Made by a program: the position numbers and the translations under genes. A model generated the notes under the pieces. It was not told the origin of the DNA. It saw only the letters and a program-made list of their open reading frames with translations, and did not search any database. Positions 7,530 to 15,921 of a stretch of 48,243 nt of DNA are shown here, piece after piece. Origin of the DNA: a phage; sequence record PZ150741.1; one strand, given 5' to 3'. How positions within the stretch are numbered: the stretch's first letter is position 1; the number at the start of each line of letters is the position of its first letter.

Positions 7530-9011
7530 ATGTTAACTATGAACGGTCAGAATCAGGGTGTTAAGACTAAACACCGGGAATGGCTGCATCACTTCGATAA
7601 ATGGCAGAAGGTGCGTCACGCGCTGGAAGGCGACCTTATTCGCTATCTTCGCAACGTCGGGAAGAATGAACCCGACCCGACCTACGCGGCCCAGCGCCAG
7701 GAAGAATACGAGAATGGCGCTATCTGCTACAACTTCACTAAACGTACCCTGGCGGGGATGGTCGGCAGTGTCATGCGCAAAGACCCTGAACAGATTATTC
7801 CGCCTGAACTTGAGTACCTGTTGCGCAATGCTGACGGTTCAGGCGTCGGGCTGTGGCAGCACGCGCAGGATACTTTGATGGAGATTGACTCGGTAGGCCG
7901 TGGCGGGTTGCTGGTGGACGCCCCGGAGACAGCAGCGGCAACGGCAGCAGAACAGAACGCTGGATTATTAAACCCGGTCATCGCATTCTACACCGCAGAG
8001 AACATCATAAACTGGCGACTGACCCGAGTCGGGTCAGTTAACCGTGTGACAATGGTCGTGTTGCGTGAGGCGTGGGAATACTCAGAACCGGGTGCAGAGT
8101 TCGAAACAAAGTTCGGTGAGCAATATCGTGTCCTTGACCTGATTGAAGGCCGCTACCGCCAGCGCATTTACCGCTTTGACGCTGAAGGTGGCGCTCAGGG
8201 GGATGTAATCGAAATATTCCCTGAACTTGGTGAACAGTTGCGCGGCAAAATCCCGTTCACGTTCATTGGGGCAAGCAACAACGATGCGACCATTGACGAT
8301 GCGCCTTTGCTGCCGTTGGCTGAGCTTAATATCGGGCATTTCCGCAACAGCGCAGACAATGAGGAGTCCAGTTTCGTTGTGGGTCAGCCCACTCTGTTCA
8401 TCGCCCCGGGTGGGAATATGAGCATGGAGCAATGGAAAGAAGCCAACCCACACGGGGTACGCATGGGGTCGCGTTCAGGCCATAACATCGGTGAGGGCGG
8501 CAACGCGTTTCTGGTTCAGGCAGGAGAGAACAACCTCGCCAAACAAAACATGCTGGATAAAGAGAATCAGGCAATCCAGATTGGCGCGCAGCTTATCACC
8601 CCGACGCAGCAAATCACCGCTGAATCGGCCCGTCTGCAACGTGGTGCTGACACGTCCGTTATGGCGACAATCGCGCGTAACGTAAGCATGGCGTACACCG
8701 ATGCGTTGCGCTGGGTGGCTGCGATGCTAGGGCTGCGTGAAGGTACAGAGGTTGAATTCAAGCTGAATATGGAGTTCTTCCTGCAACCGATGACCGCTCA
8801 GGACCGCGCTCAGTGGATGGCAGATATTAACGCAGGTCTGTTACCGGCTACCGCTTACTATGCTGCGTTGCGCAAGGCGGGTGTAACTGACTGGACGGAC
8901 GAGGATATTCAGAACGCTATTGAGGATGCACCTCTGCCGTTGGGTGCTGTTACCCAAGTATCCGGAGAAATTCCGCAGTCGGCGAAGCCACAGGTCACCA
9001 CTCAGCAGTAA
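7530..9011 (+). CDS. portal protein
   Basis: 493-aa ORF directly after terL and before MuF-like gene; canonical position and size. Confidence 0.75.
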   Translation: MLTMNGQNQGVKTKHREWLHHFDKWQKVRHALEGDLIRYLRNVGKNEPDPTYAAQRQEEYENGAICYNFTKRTLAGMVGSVMRKDPEQIIPPELEYLLRNADGSGVGLWQHAQDTLMEIDSVGRGGLLVDAPETAAATAAEQNAGLLNPVIAFYTAENIINWRLTRVGSVNRVTMVVLREAWEYSEPGAEFETKFGEQYRVLDLIEGRYRQRIYRFDAEGGAQGDVIEIFPELGEQLRGKIPFTFIGASNNDATIDDAPLLPLAELNIGHFRNSADNEESSFVVGQPTLFIAPGGNMSMEQWKEANPHGVRMGSRSGHNIGEGGNAFLVQAGENNLAKQNMLDKENQAIQIGAQLITPTQQITAESARLQRGADTSVMATIARNVSMAYTDALRWVAAMLGLREGTEVEFKLNMEFFLQPMTAQDRAQWMADINAGLLPATAYYAALRKAGVTDWTDEDIQNAIEDAPLPLGAVTQVSGEIPQSAKPQVTTQQ

Positions 9012-9021
9012 GTTCACCTAT

Positions 9022-9044
9022 AGCCCCGAAAGGGGCTTTCTTAT
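9022..9044 (+). terminator. hairpin AGCCCC-GAAA-GGGGCT plus T-rich tail
   Basis: Perfect 6-bp GC stem with GAAA tetraloop after portal stop. Confidence 0.5.
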
Positions 9045-9047
9045 AGT

Positions 9048-10124
9048 ATGCTATTAACTTTAGCGCCACAGGGTTTATCTATGAGCTTACTTACATCCCT
9101 AATCAGCCACCAGATTTGGCTGCAACGCACCGCATCAGGCGAGGTGAAAGACCTCGCACCGTTCATTCAGGAAATGCGAGACGAAATCAAACGGCAGGTG
9201 CTGTTGTTCGGTGACGACGGGCGAAGCACTGCGCGGCTGAATAAACTATTACGCGACCTGGAAGAAGCACTGACCGGACTTACAGGTGACTGGCAGACAA
9301 AGCTGATAGAAGACCTTAAGGAACTGGCGGCGTATGAAGCAGAGTGGAACGTAAAGACACTGGCAGCCAACGTAGATGCGGAATTTGTTACGCCTACCGC
9401 TGAACAGGTGTGGGCCGCTGCCGAGTTTCAGCCATTATCGTTAAGCGACAAGCCTGTTGACTTCACTAAGCTGATGTCGGGATGGGGTGAAACCGAAATA
9501 GCACGTCTTGTAACCGGCGTTAAGATGGGCTTTGTCCAAGGCCAGACTACACGGCAGATTGTTAAGAATGTTGTTGGCGCCGGCGGGCTGGCGGACATCA
9601 CTGAACGTAATGCAGCTACGGTAATCCGCACCGCGCTGTCTCACGTATCCAACGAAGCGCGTAACGAGACGTATAGGCAGAACGACGACATCATCGAGAA
9701 ATATGAATGGGTTTCGACGCTGGACAGCCGTACCAGTACGATTTGCAGGGCCAGAGATGGAATGACGTGGGAAATCGATAAAGGGCCGATACCCCCCGCC
9801 CATCCGAACTGTCGAAGTACCACTGCACCCGTAATAAGTTCTGAGTTCGACTTCCTCGATAAAGGGGCGAAACGCGCGGCTAAGGGCGCAGACGGCGGTA
9901 CTCAGGTAAGCGCAGATACCACTTATTACGAGTTCCTGAAACAGCAACCGGCGTGGTTTCAGGACCAGGCGCTCGGCCCTGTTCGCGGTAAGATTTTCCG
10001 TAACAGCGGTATATCGCCGGAAGAGTTTCGCGTAATATCTGTAGATGGTTTCGGGAATCCGCTCACGCTTAAGCAGATGGCGGAACTCGATAAACGTGTT
10101 GCTGATTATCTGAAAGGGGATTAA
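9048..10124 (+). CDS. head morphogenesis protein (Mu F / SPP1 gp7-like)
   Basis: Conserved C-terminal motif STICRARDG...PPAHPNCRST typical of the MuF family; position after portal. Confidence 0.8.
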   Translation: MLLTLAPQGLSMSLLTSLISHQIWLQRTASGEVKDLAPFIQEMRDEIKRQVLLFGDDGRSTARLNKLLRDLEEALTGLTGDWQTKLIEDLKELAAYEAEWNVKTLAANVDAEFVTPTAEQVWAAAEFQPLSLSDKPVDFTKLMSGWGETEIARLVTGVKMGFVQGQTTRQIVKNVVGAGGLADITERNAATVIRTALSHVSNEARNETYRQNDDIIEKYEWVSTLDSRTSTICRARDGMTWEIDKGPIPPAHPNCRSTTAPVISSEFDFLDKGAKRAAKGADGGTQVSADTTYYEFLKQQPAWFQDQALGPVRGKIFRNSGISPEEFRVISVDGFGNPLTLKQMAELDKRVADYLKGD

Positions 10125-10585
10125 TGATGGGCTTTTTCAAAGTAACTGATGTGCCGTCGCGTCGCGTAGTTCAGTACGCCCGAGTGTCTGGCTCCGGTGA
10201 GAACGTGGTGTTTATTGAAGATGAAAGCGTACTGGGTACACCTGTAGACGATATGCCGTTTGCAGATAAAACCGGTATTTCGCTGCCCGCGGCTGGTATG
10301 CTTTACGAGATTCCGTATCTGGCGGACGCTGGCGACGTGTATTTCTCTGCGCAACCGAAAGACACGGAACTGACGAACGGCAGCGCAACTATCACTGTCG
10401 AAGTTAAGGCAGGCAAAGCGCCATATGCGTTGACCTGGTACAAAGACGGTAAGGAAGTGGTAAACGCCCCGGAAGAGGCTTTGTCTCTGACGGTCAATTC
10501 GGCCGGTGAATACTTCGTTAAAGTCACAGATGCCGATGGAGTAGAGGCTGTGAGTAAAGCGGCGAAGGTTACTAAGCCAGAATGA
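10124..10585 (+). CDS. Ig-like domain protein (possible capsid decoration)
   Basis: C-terminal YALTWYKDGKEV...GEYFVKVTDADG pattern typical of I-set/Big-type Ig domains; ATGA overlap with MuF gene. Confidence 0.5.
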   Translation: MMGFFKVTDVPSRRVVQYARVSGSGENVVFIEDESVLGTPVDDMPFADKTGISLPAAGMLYEIPYLADAGDVYFSAQPKDTELTNGSATITVEVKAGKAPYALTWYKDGKEVVNAPEEALSLTVNSAGEYFVKVTDADGVEAVSKAAKVTKPE

Positions 10586-10586
10586 T

Positions 10587-10614
10587 AAAAGGCCCCTTTC
10601 GGGGCCTTAGTTTT
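10587..10614. terminator. bidirectional terminator AAGGCCCC-TTTC-GGGGCCTT
   Basis: 8-bp GC stem flanked by A-run and T-run; lies between convergent genes. Confidence 0.8.
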
Positions 10615-10837
10615 AAACTTCCACGTCTATCACCAAATCACCAGGCATGGTTATGACTATTTTATCGTTTTCATAGAACGGGCTAAGAGGCTCATTTTCA
10701 GACTGCAAACGTAAAGTTAGCTTTTTACCACCAAAATAATCTATGTAACGAACCCAGTACCACTCATCGAATACCTGTACCTTTTCTCCCGGGAGTACAT
10801 CTCTAGCTTTCTTTTGGTTCATAAATCTAATCGGCAT
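10613..10837 (-). CDS. hypothetical protein (74 aa), reverse-oriented accessory gene
   Basis: Track ORF with GGAGG SD; own promoter upstream and terminator downstream. Confidence 0.55.
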   Translation of the reverse strand: MPIRFMNQKKARDVLPGEKVQVFDEWYWVRYIDYFGGKKLTLRLQSENEPLSPFYENDKIVITMPGDLVIDVEV

Positions 10838-10863
10838 AAATACCTCCTGTTTAAGTTGGCTGA

Positions 10864-10892
10864 ATAGTACCCTATTATGTTGGGGTGCGCAA
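10864..10892 (-). promoter_or_regulatory. sigma70-like promoter (TTGCGC-17 bp-TACTAT) for 10613-10837
   Basis: Reverse complement reads TTGCGCACCCCAACATAATAGGGTACTAT; near-identical to promoters at 19711 and 42572. Confidence 0.65.
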
Positions 10893-10958
10893 ACTATTTA
10901 TTTACCCATTCCAGTTATTACACCAAAGTGTAAATGATGGAATAAACTATTCGAATAG

Positions 10959-10987
10959 TTGACTTTTCACTAAAAATGTGCTAAGCT
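10959..10987 (+). promoter_or_regulatory. possible promoter (TTGACT-17 bp-TAAGCT)
   Basis: Good -35, weaker -10; at the head of a 316-bp non-coding stretch. Confidence 0.3.
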
Positions 10988-11165
10988 CCACCTGAGCTTG
11001 TGAAGTATGAACAAGCGACCGCGGCGCGGGCAGGTAACGGAGCGGGACGTAAGTCCTGAGTGTAGTTACGCTGACGCGTTCGGAAGGGCCATACTCTATT
11101 GCTTGTGTGAAAAGTAACTGGTTTACTGAGATTACGCCGTTTCTATGTTTAAATGATAAGGGCTA

Positions 11166-11194
11166 GCGCCCCGCTTTATGGCGGGGCTTTACTT
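11166..11194 (+). terminator. terminator/attenuator-like hairpin GCCCCGC-TTTATG-GCGGGGC plus TTT
   Basis: 7-bp GC stem with short U tract about 20 nt upstream of spanin start. Confidence 0.45.
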
Positions 11195-11211
11195 ATCGAG
11201 AAAGGAGAAAC

Positions 11212-11601
11212 ATGGATCTTAAAGCAACTGTCGTAGCAGGAGCATGTTTCATCATCCTGGCTTACGCACACGGCATCTATCAATACCGAAGCGGCTGGAA
11301 CGAAGGCCGGGCGAATCTCGTTTCGCAGCAACAGCAGGAAGCACAAGCTGAGTTAGCGAAGAAAACACAACGGCAGCAGCAGGACGAATCAAAGGCCGCA
11401 GCCGCTGACAACGAAGGCAAGACGAAATCAGAGGTGATTACCCGTGAAGTCGTTAAGTACATTAAAACGCCTGGCCGCAGCGTGTGCACTTTCGATGATG
11501 CTCGTGTCCTGCTCAAGTCCCGCGCCGTCGCAAACGCCAATTCCATCCCCGGATATGACGATGATGCAGCCACCGTGCAAACTGGCGCCGCCAAGCAGTG
11601 A
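11212..11601 (+). CDS. i-spanin (Rz-like)
   Basis: N-terminal TM segment, Gln/Ala/Lys-rich coiled-coil region, and an embedded out-of-frame lipoprotein ORF. Confidence 0.6.
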   Translation: MDLKATVVAGACFIILAYAHGIYQYRSGWNEGRANLVSQQQQEAQAELAKKTQRQQQDESKAAAADNEGKTKSEVITREVVKYIKTPGRSVCTFDDARVLLKSRAVANANSIPGYDDDAATVQTGAAKQ

Positions 11602-11707
11602 TGCTGACGAGGATTTAGCTATCGATGTTCAGAATGCCGAATGTGCACGGCAACTGCGTCTGAAGGTGTTCATGTTGCAGGATTATGTGAGGAATATTCT
11701 GGAATAG
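11444..11707 (+). CDS. o-spanin (Rz1-like outer-membrane lipoprotein)
   Basis: GTG start after GAGGTGA; signal peptide ending in lipobox LVSC; Pro-rich mature region; overlaps i-spanin in a different frame. Confidence 0.6.
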   Translation: MKSLSTLKRLAAACALSMMLVSCSSPAPSQTPIPSPDMTMMQPPCKLAPPSSDADEDLAIDVQNAECARQLRLKVFMLQDYVRNILE

Positions 11708-11789
11708 TTGCCTTGCATGTTGGAATAATTTATTCTTGACATGTAAATCCGGGTGGCCCGGATTCCAACGTCCAGGGGACATACTGACT

Positions 11790-12491
11790 ATGAATCGTTT
11801 TTTACGTTATCCGTTCCAGGAAGAAGCTGGAGCAGAAGATAAAGCTGGCGGCGGTGACGCACCGAAAATGTTCACAGCCGAAGAAGTTCAGGCGCTGATT
11901 GAGAAAGAAGTTGCCGGGCTTAAGGCCAATCAGGAAGCTTTGCTGGCGGAGAAGAAAGAAGCCGCTCGTAGAGCAAAAGAGGCTGAAGAAGAACGGCAGC
12001 GCGCGCACCAGGAGGCGTTAAAAGCCGCTGGTAAGATGGACGAGTTCGAAAAGACGATTCGTAGCCAGTATGACCCGGTGTTAGCCGAGAAAGATGGTCG
12101 CATCTCCAGAATGGCAGAGCGCATCCTCGGCAGCGAACGTAAAGCGGTGTTAGGCTCTTTCGCAGGGGACTTTATTACCCCGGAAGCAGTAGACATTCTG
12201 GCTCCGTTCGTTAAGACTGAGTTCGAAGGCGATGATGTGGTTACTAAGTTTGTCGGCGCAGACGGTAACGTAATCACGACTGACCCGGAACAGTTCCGCA
12301 AATACCTGCGCGAACACAAAGCGTTTTCGCATTTGATTAAAGCAAATGCAGCTTCCGGCGGCGGGGCTTCCGGTAGCAAAGGCGGCGGGGCCGCACCAGC
12401 GTTTAAAGACATGAGTGAAGCGGAGCGTTTAGCTCTGTACAAATCGAACCCTGCCGAATTTGAACGGCAACTTAAAGCCCTGAGGAAATAA
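11790..12491 (+). CDS. capsid scaffolding protein
   Basis: Track ORF 11736-12491, likely start ATG 11790; highly charged coiled-coil sequence; immediately upstream of major capsid gene. Confidence 0.6.
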   Translation: MNRFLRYPFQEEAGAEDKAGGGDAPKMFTAEEVQALIEKEVAGLKANQEALLAEKKEAARRAKEAEEERQRAHQEALKAAGKMDEFEKTIRSQYDPVLAEKDGRISRMAERILGSERKAVLGSFAGDFITPEAVDILAPFVKTEFEGDDVVTKFVGADGNVITTDPEQFRKYLREHKAFSHLIKANAASGGGASGSKGGGAAPAFKDMSEAERLALYKSNPAEFERQLKALRK

Positions 12492-12493
12492 TA

Positions 12494-13543
12494 ATGGCAA
12501 TTACCACTATCGGCGATATCGTAACTGGCAACATTCCGGTTCTGGCGTCTTACATGACAGAAGACCCGGTAGAAAAAACCGCGTTCTTCCAGTCCGGTAT
12601 TCTGACCCCGACTCCGTACGCTGCTGAGATTGCCCGCGGCCCGTCCAACATCGCTAATATTCCTTTCTGGAAAGCGATTGACACTTCCATCGAGCCTAAC
12701 TACTCGAACGACGTATACCAGGACATCGCCACCCCGCGTAATGTCCAGACCGGCGAGATGATGGCCCGCGTTGCGTACCTGAACGAAGGTTTCGGCCAGG
12801 CGGATTTGACCGTTGAACTGACCAGCCAGAACCCGCTGCAATCCGTAGCGTCCCGTCTGGATAACTTCTGGCAGCGCCAGGCGCAACGCCGTCTGATTGC
12901 TACCGCGCTTGGCCTGTACAACGACAACGTGGCCGCTACCGACGCATACCACGAGCAGAACGACATGGTAATTGACGTGTCCGCTACTCTGGGCTTCGAC
13001 TCCGGCGCGTTCATCGATGCTACCCAGACTATGGGTGACGCTCTGATTGGCAACGGCGGCGAAGTGCTGGGTGCTATTGCTATGCACAGCTTTGTGTATG
13101 CGCAGGCACGTAAGCAGCAGCTTATTGACTTCATCCGTGACGCGGACAACAACACCATGTTCGCCACCTACCAGGGGTACCGCGTGATTGTTGACGACAG
13201 CATGACCGTAGTCGGTACTGGCCCGAGTCGTAAGTTCATTTCCATCATCTTCGGCAACGGCGCTATCGGTTATGGTGAAGGTAATCCGGTTAAACCGCTG
13301 CATTACGAGTACGAAGCGTCCCGCGGCAACGGCGGCGGCGTTGAAACCCTGTGGACCCGTAAGACCTGGCTGCTGCATCCGTTTGGCTACAGCTTCACCA
13401 GCGCAGTAATCACCGGTAACGGTACTGAGACTACCCCGCGCTCTGCTTCCTGGCAGGACCTGGCGAACGCCTCCAACTGGAACCGCGTTGTTGAGCGTAA
13501 GCATGTACCGATTGCCTTCCTGGTAACTGGTGTCGGTGCTTAA
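12494..13543 (+). CDS. major capsid protein
   Basis: 349-aa ORF immediately after scaffold gene, followed by strong terminator; size and position typical of HK97-fold capsid proteins. Confidence 0.75.
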   Translation: MAITTIGDIVTGNIPVLASYMTEDPVEKTAFFQSGILTPTPYAAEIARGPSNIANIPFWKAIDTSIEPNYSNDVYQDIATPRNVQTGEMMARVAYLNEGFGQADLTVELTSQNPLQSVASRLDNFWQRQAQRRLIATALGLYNDNVAATDAYHEQNDMVIDVSATLGFDSGAFIDATQTMGDALIGNGGEVLGAIAMHSFVYAQARKQQLIDFIRDADNNTMFATYQGYRVIVDDSMTVVGTGPSRKFISIIFGNGAIGYGEGNPVKPLHYEYEASRGNGGGVETLWTRKTWLLHPFGYSFTSAVITGNGTETTPRSASWQDLANASNWNRVVERKHVPIAFLVTGVGA

Positions 13544-13558
13544 GGTTAAGCTATAATC

Positions 13559-13586
13559 GAGAGGGACTTCGGTCCCTCTTTTCATT
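13559..13586 (+). terminator. hairpin GAGGGAC-TTCG-GTCCCTC plus T-run
   Basis: After major capsid gene; likely partial terminator for transcript abundance. Confidence 0.7.
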
Positions 13587-13602
13587 TACTAAGAGGTAAA
13601 TT

Positions 13603-13857
13603 ATGGCTAAGACCGGAAAAGGCTTACCGCGCAGCCTTGAGTACACCGATTTCAGTAGTGTTGTGCCAGAAGCAACGGTAGAAACCGCTGGACTGGTTAA
13701 GAAAGGCGCCGCAGTAACTAACATCGGCTCGCAAACCGTTACTGGTGAAGAGGCCGCCGCAGTTGCTACGTCCGCGCAGACCGCGGTTAACGCCGTAGGT
13801 ACTAAACTAAACGCACTTCTGGCGCAACTCCGCGCCGCCGGTGTAATCGCGTCCTGA
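13603..13857 (+). CDS. hypothetical virion-associated protein (84 aa)
   Basis: Track ORF; Ala/Thr/Val-rich. Confidence 0.4.
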   Translation: MAKTGKGLPRSLEYTDFSSVVPEATVETAGLVKKGAAVTNIGSQTVTGEEAAAVATSAQTAVNAVGTKLNALLAQLRAAGVIAS

Positions 13858-13868
13858 GGAGCTTAAAA

Positions 13869-14213
13869 ATGGTTGATGTAATTAAACGTCGTATTACCGG
13901 TGTGTCCGCCGATACCGTAGGCGCTAAAATCGATATGGCAAATATCGCCCCTGCGTCTTTTTCTACCCCACTCGCGGCGACTACCGCAGTAACTGCACCT
14001 AATGCACTAACCCTTACTGTTGAGGCAACTGGCGGGCTTACCCCGTACACTTACCAGTGGTACAAGAACAACAACGCTATTGCGGGCGCTACTGCGGCCA
14101 CATACACCAAAGCCGCCACTGTCGCATCTGCCGATTCCGGCACTTATAAAGTGGTTGTTCACGATGTGTATGGTAATATTATCTCCAGCAGCTCCGTAGT
14201 AACTGTGTCTTAA
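13869..14213 (+). CDS. Ig-like domain protein
   Basis: YTYQWYKNNNAIAG...SGTYKVVVHD pattern typical of I-set Ig domains. Confidence 0.5.
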   Translation: MVDVIKRRITGVSADTVGAKIDMANIAPASFSTPLAATTAVTAPNALTLTVEATGGLTPYTYQWYKNNNAIAGATAATYTKAATVASADSGTYKVVVHDVYGNIISSSSVVTVS

Positions 14214-14217
14214 TTAA

Positions 14218-14235
14218 ACGGCCCTTCGGGGCCGT
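14218..14235 (+). terminator. hairpin ACGGCCC-TTCG-GGGCCGT without U tract
   Basis: Perfect 7-bp stem after Ig-like gene; no T-run, so termination function uncertain. Confidence 0.3.
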
Positions 14236-14249
14236 AATAAGGAAAGGTC

Positions 14250-14429
14250 ATGGCAGATAATTACGTAATCCGCGAAAAGTACACCCACGTCGATATTGTT
14301 GATGGTCAGGTGATGCCAGTTCGCGGTGTTGTAGAAGCGGATGAACTGGTTGCGACCCAACCGGACAACGAAGAAGCACACAACAACGGCGGTGGTGCTA
14401 AGCGTCGTCGCCGTAAATCAGAGGAATAA
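14250..14429 (+). CDS. hypothetical small protein (59 aa) with basic C-terminus
   Basis: ATG at 14250 after GGAAAGG; ends 3 nt before next gene; below track cutoff. Confidence 0.4.
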   Translation: MADNYVIREKYTHVDIVDGQVMPVRGVVEADELVATQPDNEEAHNNGGGAKRRRRKSEE

Positions 14430-14432
14430 TTT

Positions 14433-14945
14433 ATGCCGCTAATCGTGGAAGATGGGTCAATAGTGCCTGACGCCGACAGTTACATTAGTCTGGCTGACGC
14501 CCGCGCGTTAGCGGCTAATTATGGTCTGGAGTTGCCTGCGGACGATACTGCCGCAGAGGTGGCCCTGCGAAACGGTGCTACTTATGTCGGGCTGGCAGAG
14601 CCGCAGATGTGTGGCCGTCGCGTATCCGCTGAACAGTCTCTGGCGTACCCTCGCACCGGGGTAACGTTAAACGGATTCCCGGTAGCGGATAATGTTATTC
14701 CGAAGCAGGTGATTCTTGCGCAGGTAATCGCCGCTGCTACATATGGTGCTGGTACGGAAGTGCGGGCCAACTCTGATGGGCGCTCTGTGCAGACTGAGCG
14801 TGTCGAGGGTGCGGTAACAGTGACCTACTTTAACAACGGCAACAGTGGCGCTACAACCGCGATTACCGCCGCGGACGACGCCTTACGCCCGTTACTGTGT
14901 GGCGGTCTTAGCAATGGCTTCTCGTTTAACGTGTACCGGGGTTAA
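14433..14945 (+). CDS. head-tail connector/adaptor protein (gp6-like, putative)
   Basis: N-terminal SYISLADARALAANYGLELPADD pattern resembles gp6-like connector proteins; position after capsid genes. Confidence 0.45.
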   Translation: MPLIVEDGSIVPDADSYISLADARALAANYGLELPADDTAAEVALRNGATYVGLAEPQMCGRRVSAEQSLAYPRTGVTLNGFPVADNVIPKQVILAQVIAAATYGAGTEVRANSDGRSVQTERVEGAVTVTYFNNGNSGATTAITAADDALRPLLCGGLSNGFSFNVYRG

Positions 14946-14947
14946 AA

Positions 14948-15562
14948 ATGGCGAAGACTAAATCAGAGATGTTCACCCTTATCGGCGCGAACCTCCCCGA
15001 TAACACCACTGGACTTATTACCCCAGAGAAGATACGCGAGGTGATGACGCAGATGGCCGACTCACCTATTTACGCCACTCCTGGCGTTAAAGAGGTTGAG
15101 GTTCTCCGTGCCGCGTCTACCGTAACACAAGCGCCGACCGCAGTAGATACAGCACTGCAGTTAAATTTCGGTGCTGCTCAGGGAAGTGCGTCTGACCCGG
15201 TAATGATTAATGCTGCGGGGCTGGTTACGTTCAACACCGCAGGTAACTACGCCGTGCGCATCAAGTTACAGGCGGGGCGCACGGGTGCTAGCGGAACGTC
15301 CATCCTGCTATCGCGGATTCTTCTTAACGGCGCTCAGTACGGTTCGCCCGCCGCTACAAAACTAGTCAGCGCCGACATAACAATCCCGATTGAGTCTCGC
15401 GTCGTTATTAACCCAACCGCGGGCCAGACGTTTGCAGTTCAGATTATGCGGGATAGCGCCGGAAGCAACTTCGGAGGCGTATACCCGCAAGCGGCTACCG
15501 TAACTGCATGGGGCACAGCACCGTCCGCATTACTGGTTATCTCTAGACTGGAGGCCGCCTGA
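14948..15562 (+). CDS. hypothetical structural protein (204 aa)
   Basis: Track ORF, tightly packed in head-tail joining region. Confidence 0.4.
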   Translation: MAKTKSEMFTLIGANLPDNTTGLITPEKIREVMTQMADSPIYATPGVKEVEVLRAASTVTQAPTAVDTALQLNFGAAQGSASDPVMINAAGLVTFNTAGNYAVRIKLQAGRTGASGTSILLSRILLNGAQYGSPAATKLVSADITIPIESRVVINPTAGQTFAVQIMRDSAGSNFGGVYPQAATVTAWGTAPSALLVISRLEAA

Positions 15563-15921
15563 TGAGCACCGCTTTCAGTAAACGTATGCAGGGCGTTGGT
15601 ACACGCCTGTTAACCAAATTCGGTAGCACAGTATCTCTTGTTCGTGCTGGCTCGAAAGTGTGGGACGAAGTTCTCGGTGAGTACGTCTGGTCCGCAGATG
15701 AAGTGTTACCGTTGAAGGCTGTTCCGGTTCCGGTTAATGCAGGACTGGTAAATGGTACGACGATTCAGGCTGGTGACATGATTGTTAAAGCTGATTACAG
15801 CGTCATTCCGAAGATGGAAGACAAGGTGCAATTCGGCGGCGAGCAATGGTCGGTCGTAGCCATCGAGATGAAGATGGTTAACGATGATGTCGTGGCGTAT
15901 TTTATTCAGGTGAGAAAATGA
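15562..15921 (+). CDS. head-tail joining protein (putative)
   Basis: Overlapping starts/stops with neighbours; size and position. Confidence 0.35.
   Translation: MSTAFSKRMQGVGTRLLTKFGSTVSLVRAGSKVWDEVLGEYVWSADEVLPLKAVPVPVNAGLVNGTTIQAGDMIVKADYSVIPKMEDKVQFGGEQWSVVAIEMKMVNDDVVAYFIQVRK

Noticed and set aside
7558-9947. Numerous 60-170-aa ORFs inside or antisense to portal and MuF genes
   Set aside because: Nested in longer, motif-supported genes; typical six-frame noise at about 50% GC.
10980-11110. Possible tRNA in the 316-bp non-coding stretch
   Set aside because: No acceptor-stem complementarity with a 3' CCA-proximal partner and no GTTCRANYC T-loop could be found by eye; GTTCGGAAGGG is not flanked by a stem.
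11930-13585. 551-aa ORF on the minus strand across the scaffold and major capsid genes
   Set aside because: Fully antisense to two well-supported, RBS-equipped structural genes in an otherwise unidirectional operon; no promoter or RBS; low-complexity Ala/Ser/Arg-rich translation typical of a spurious antisense frame.
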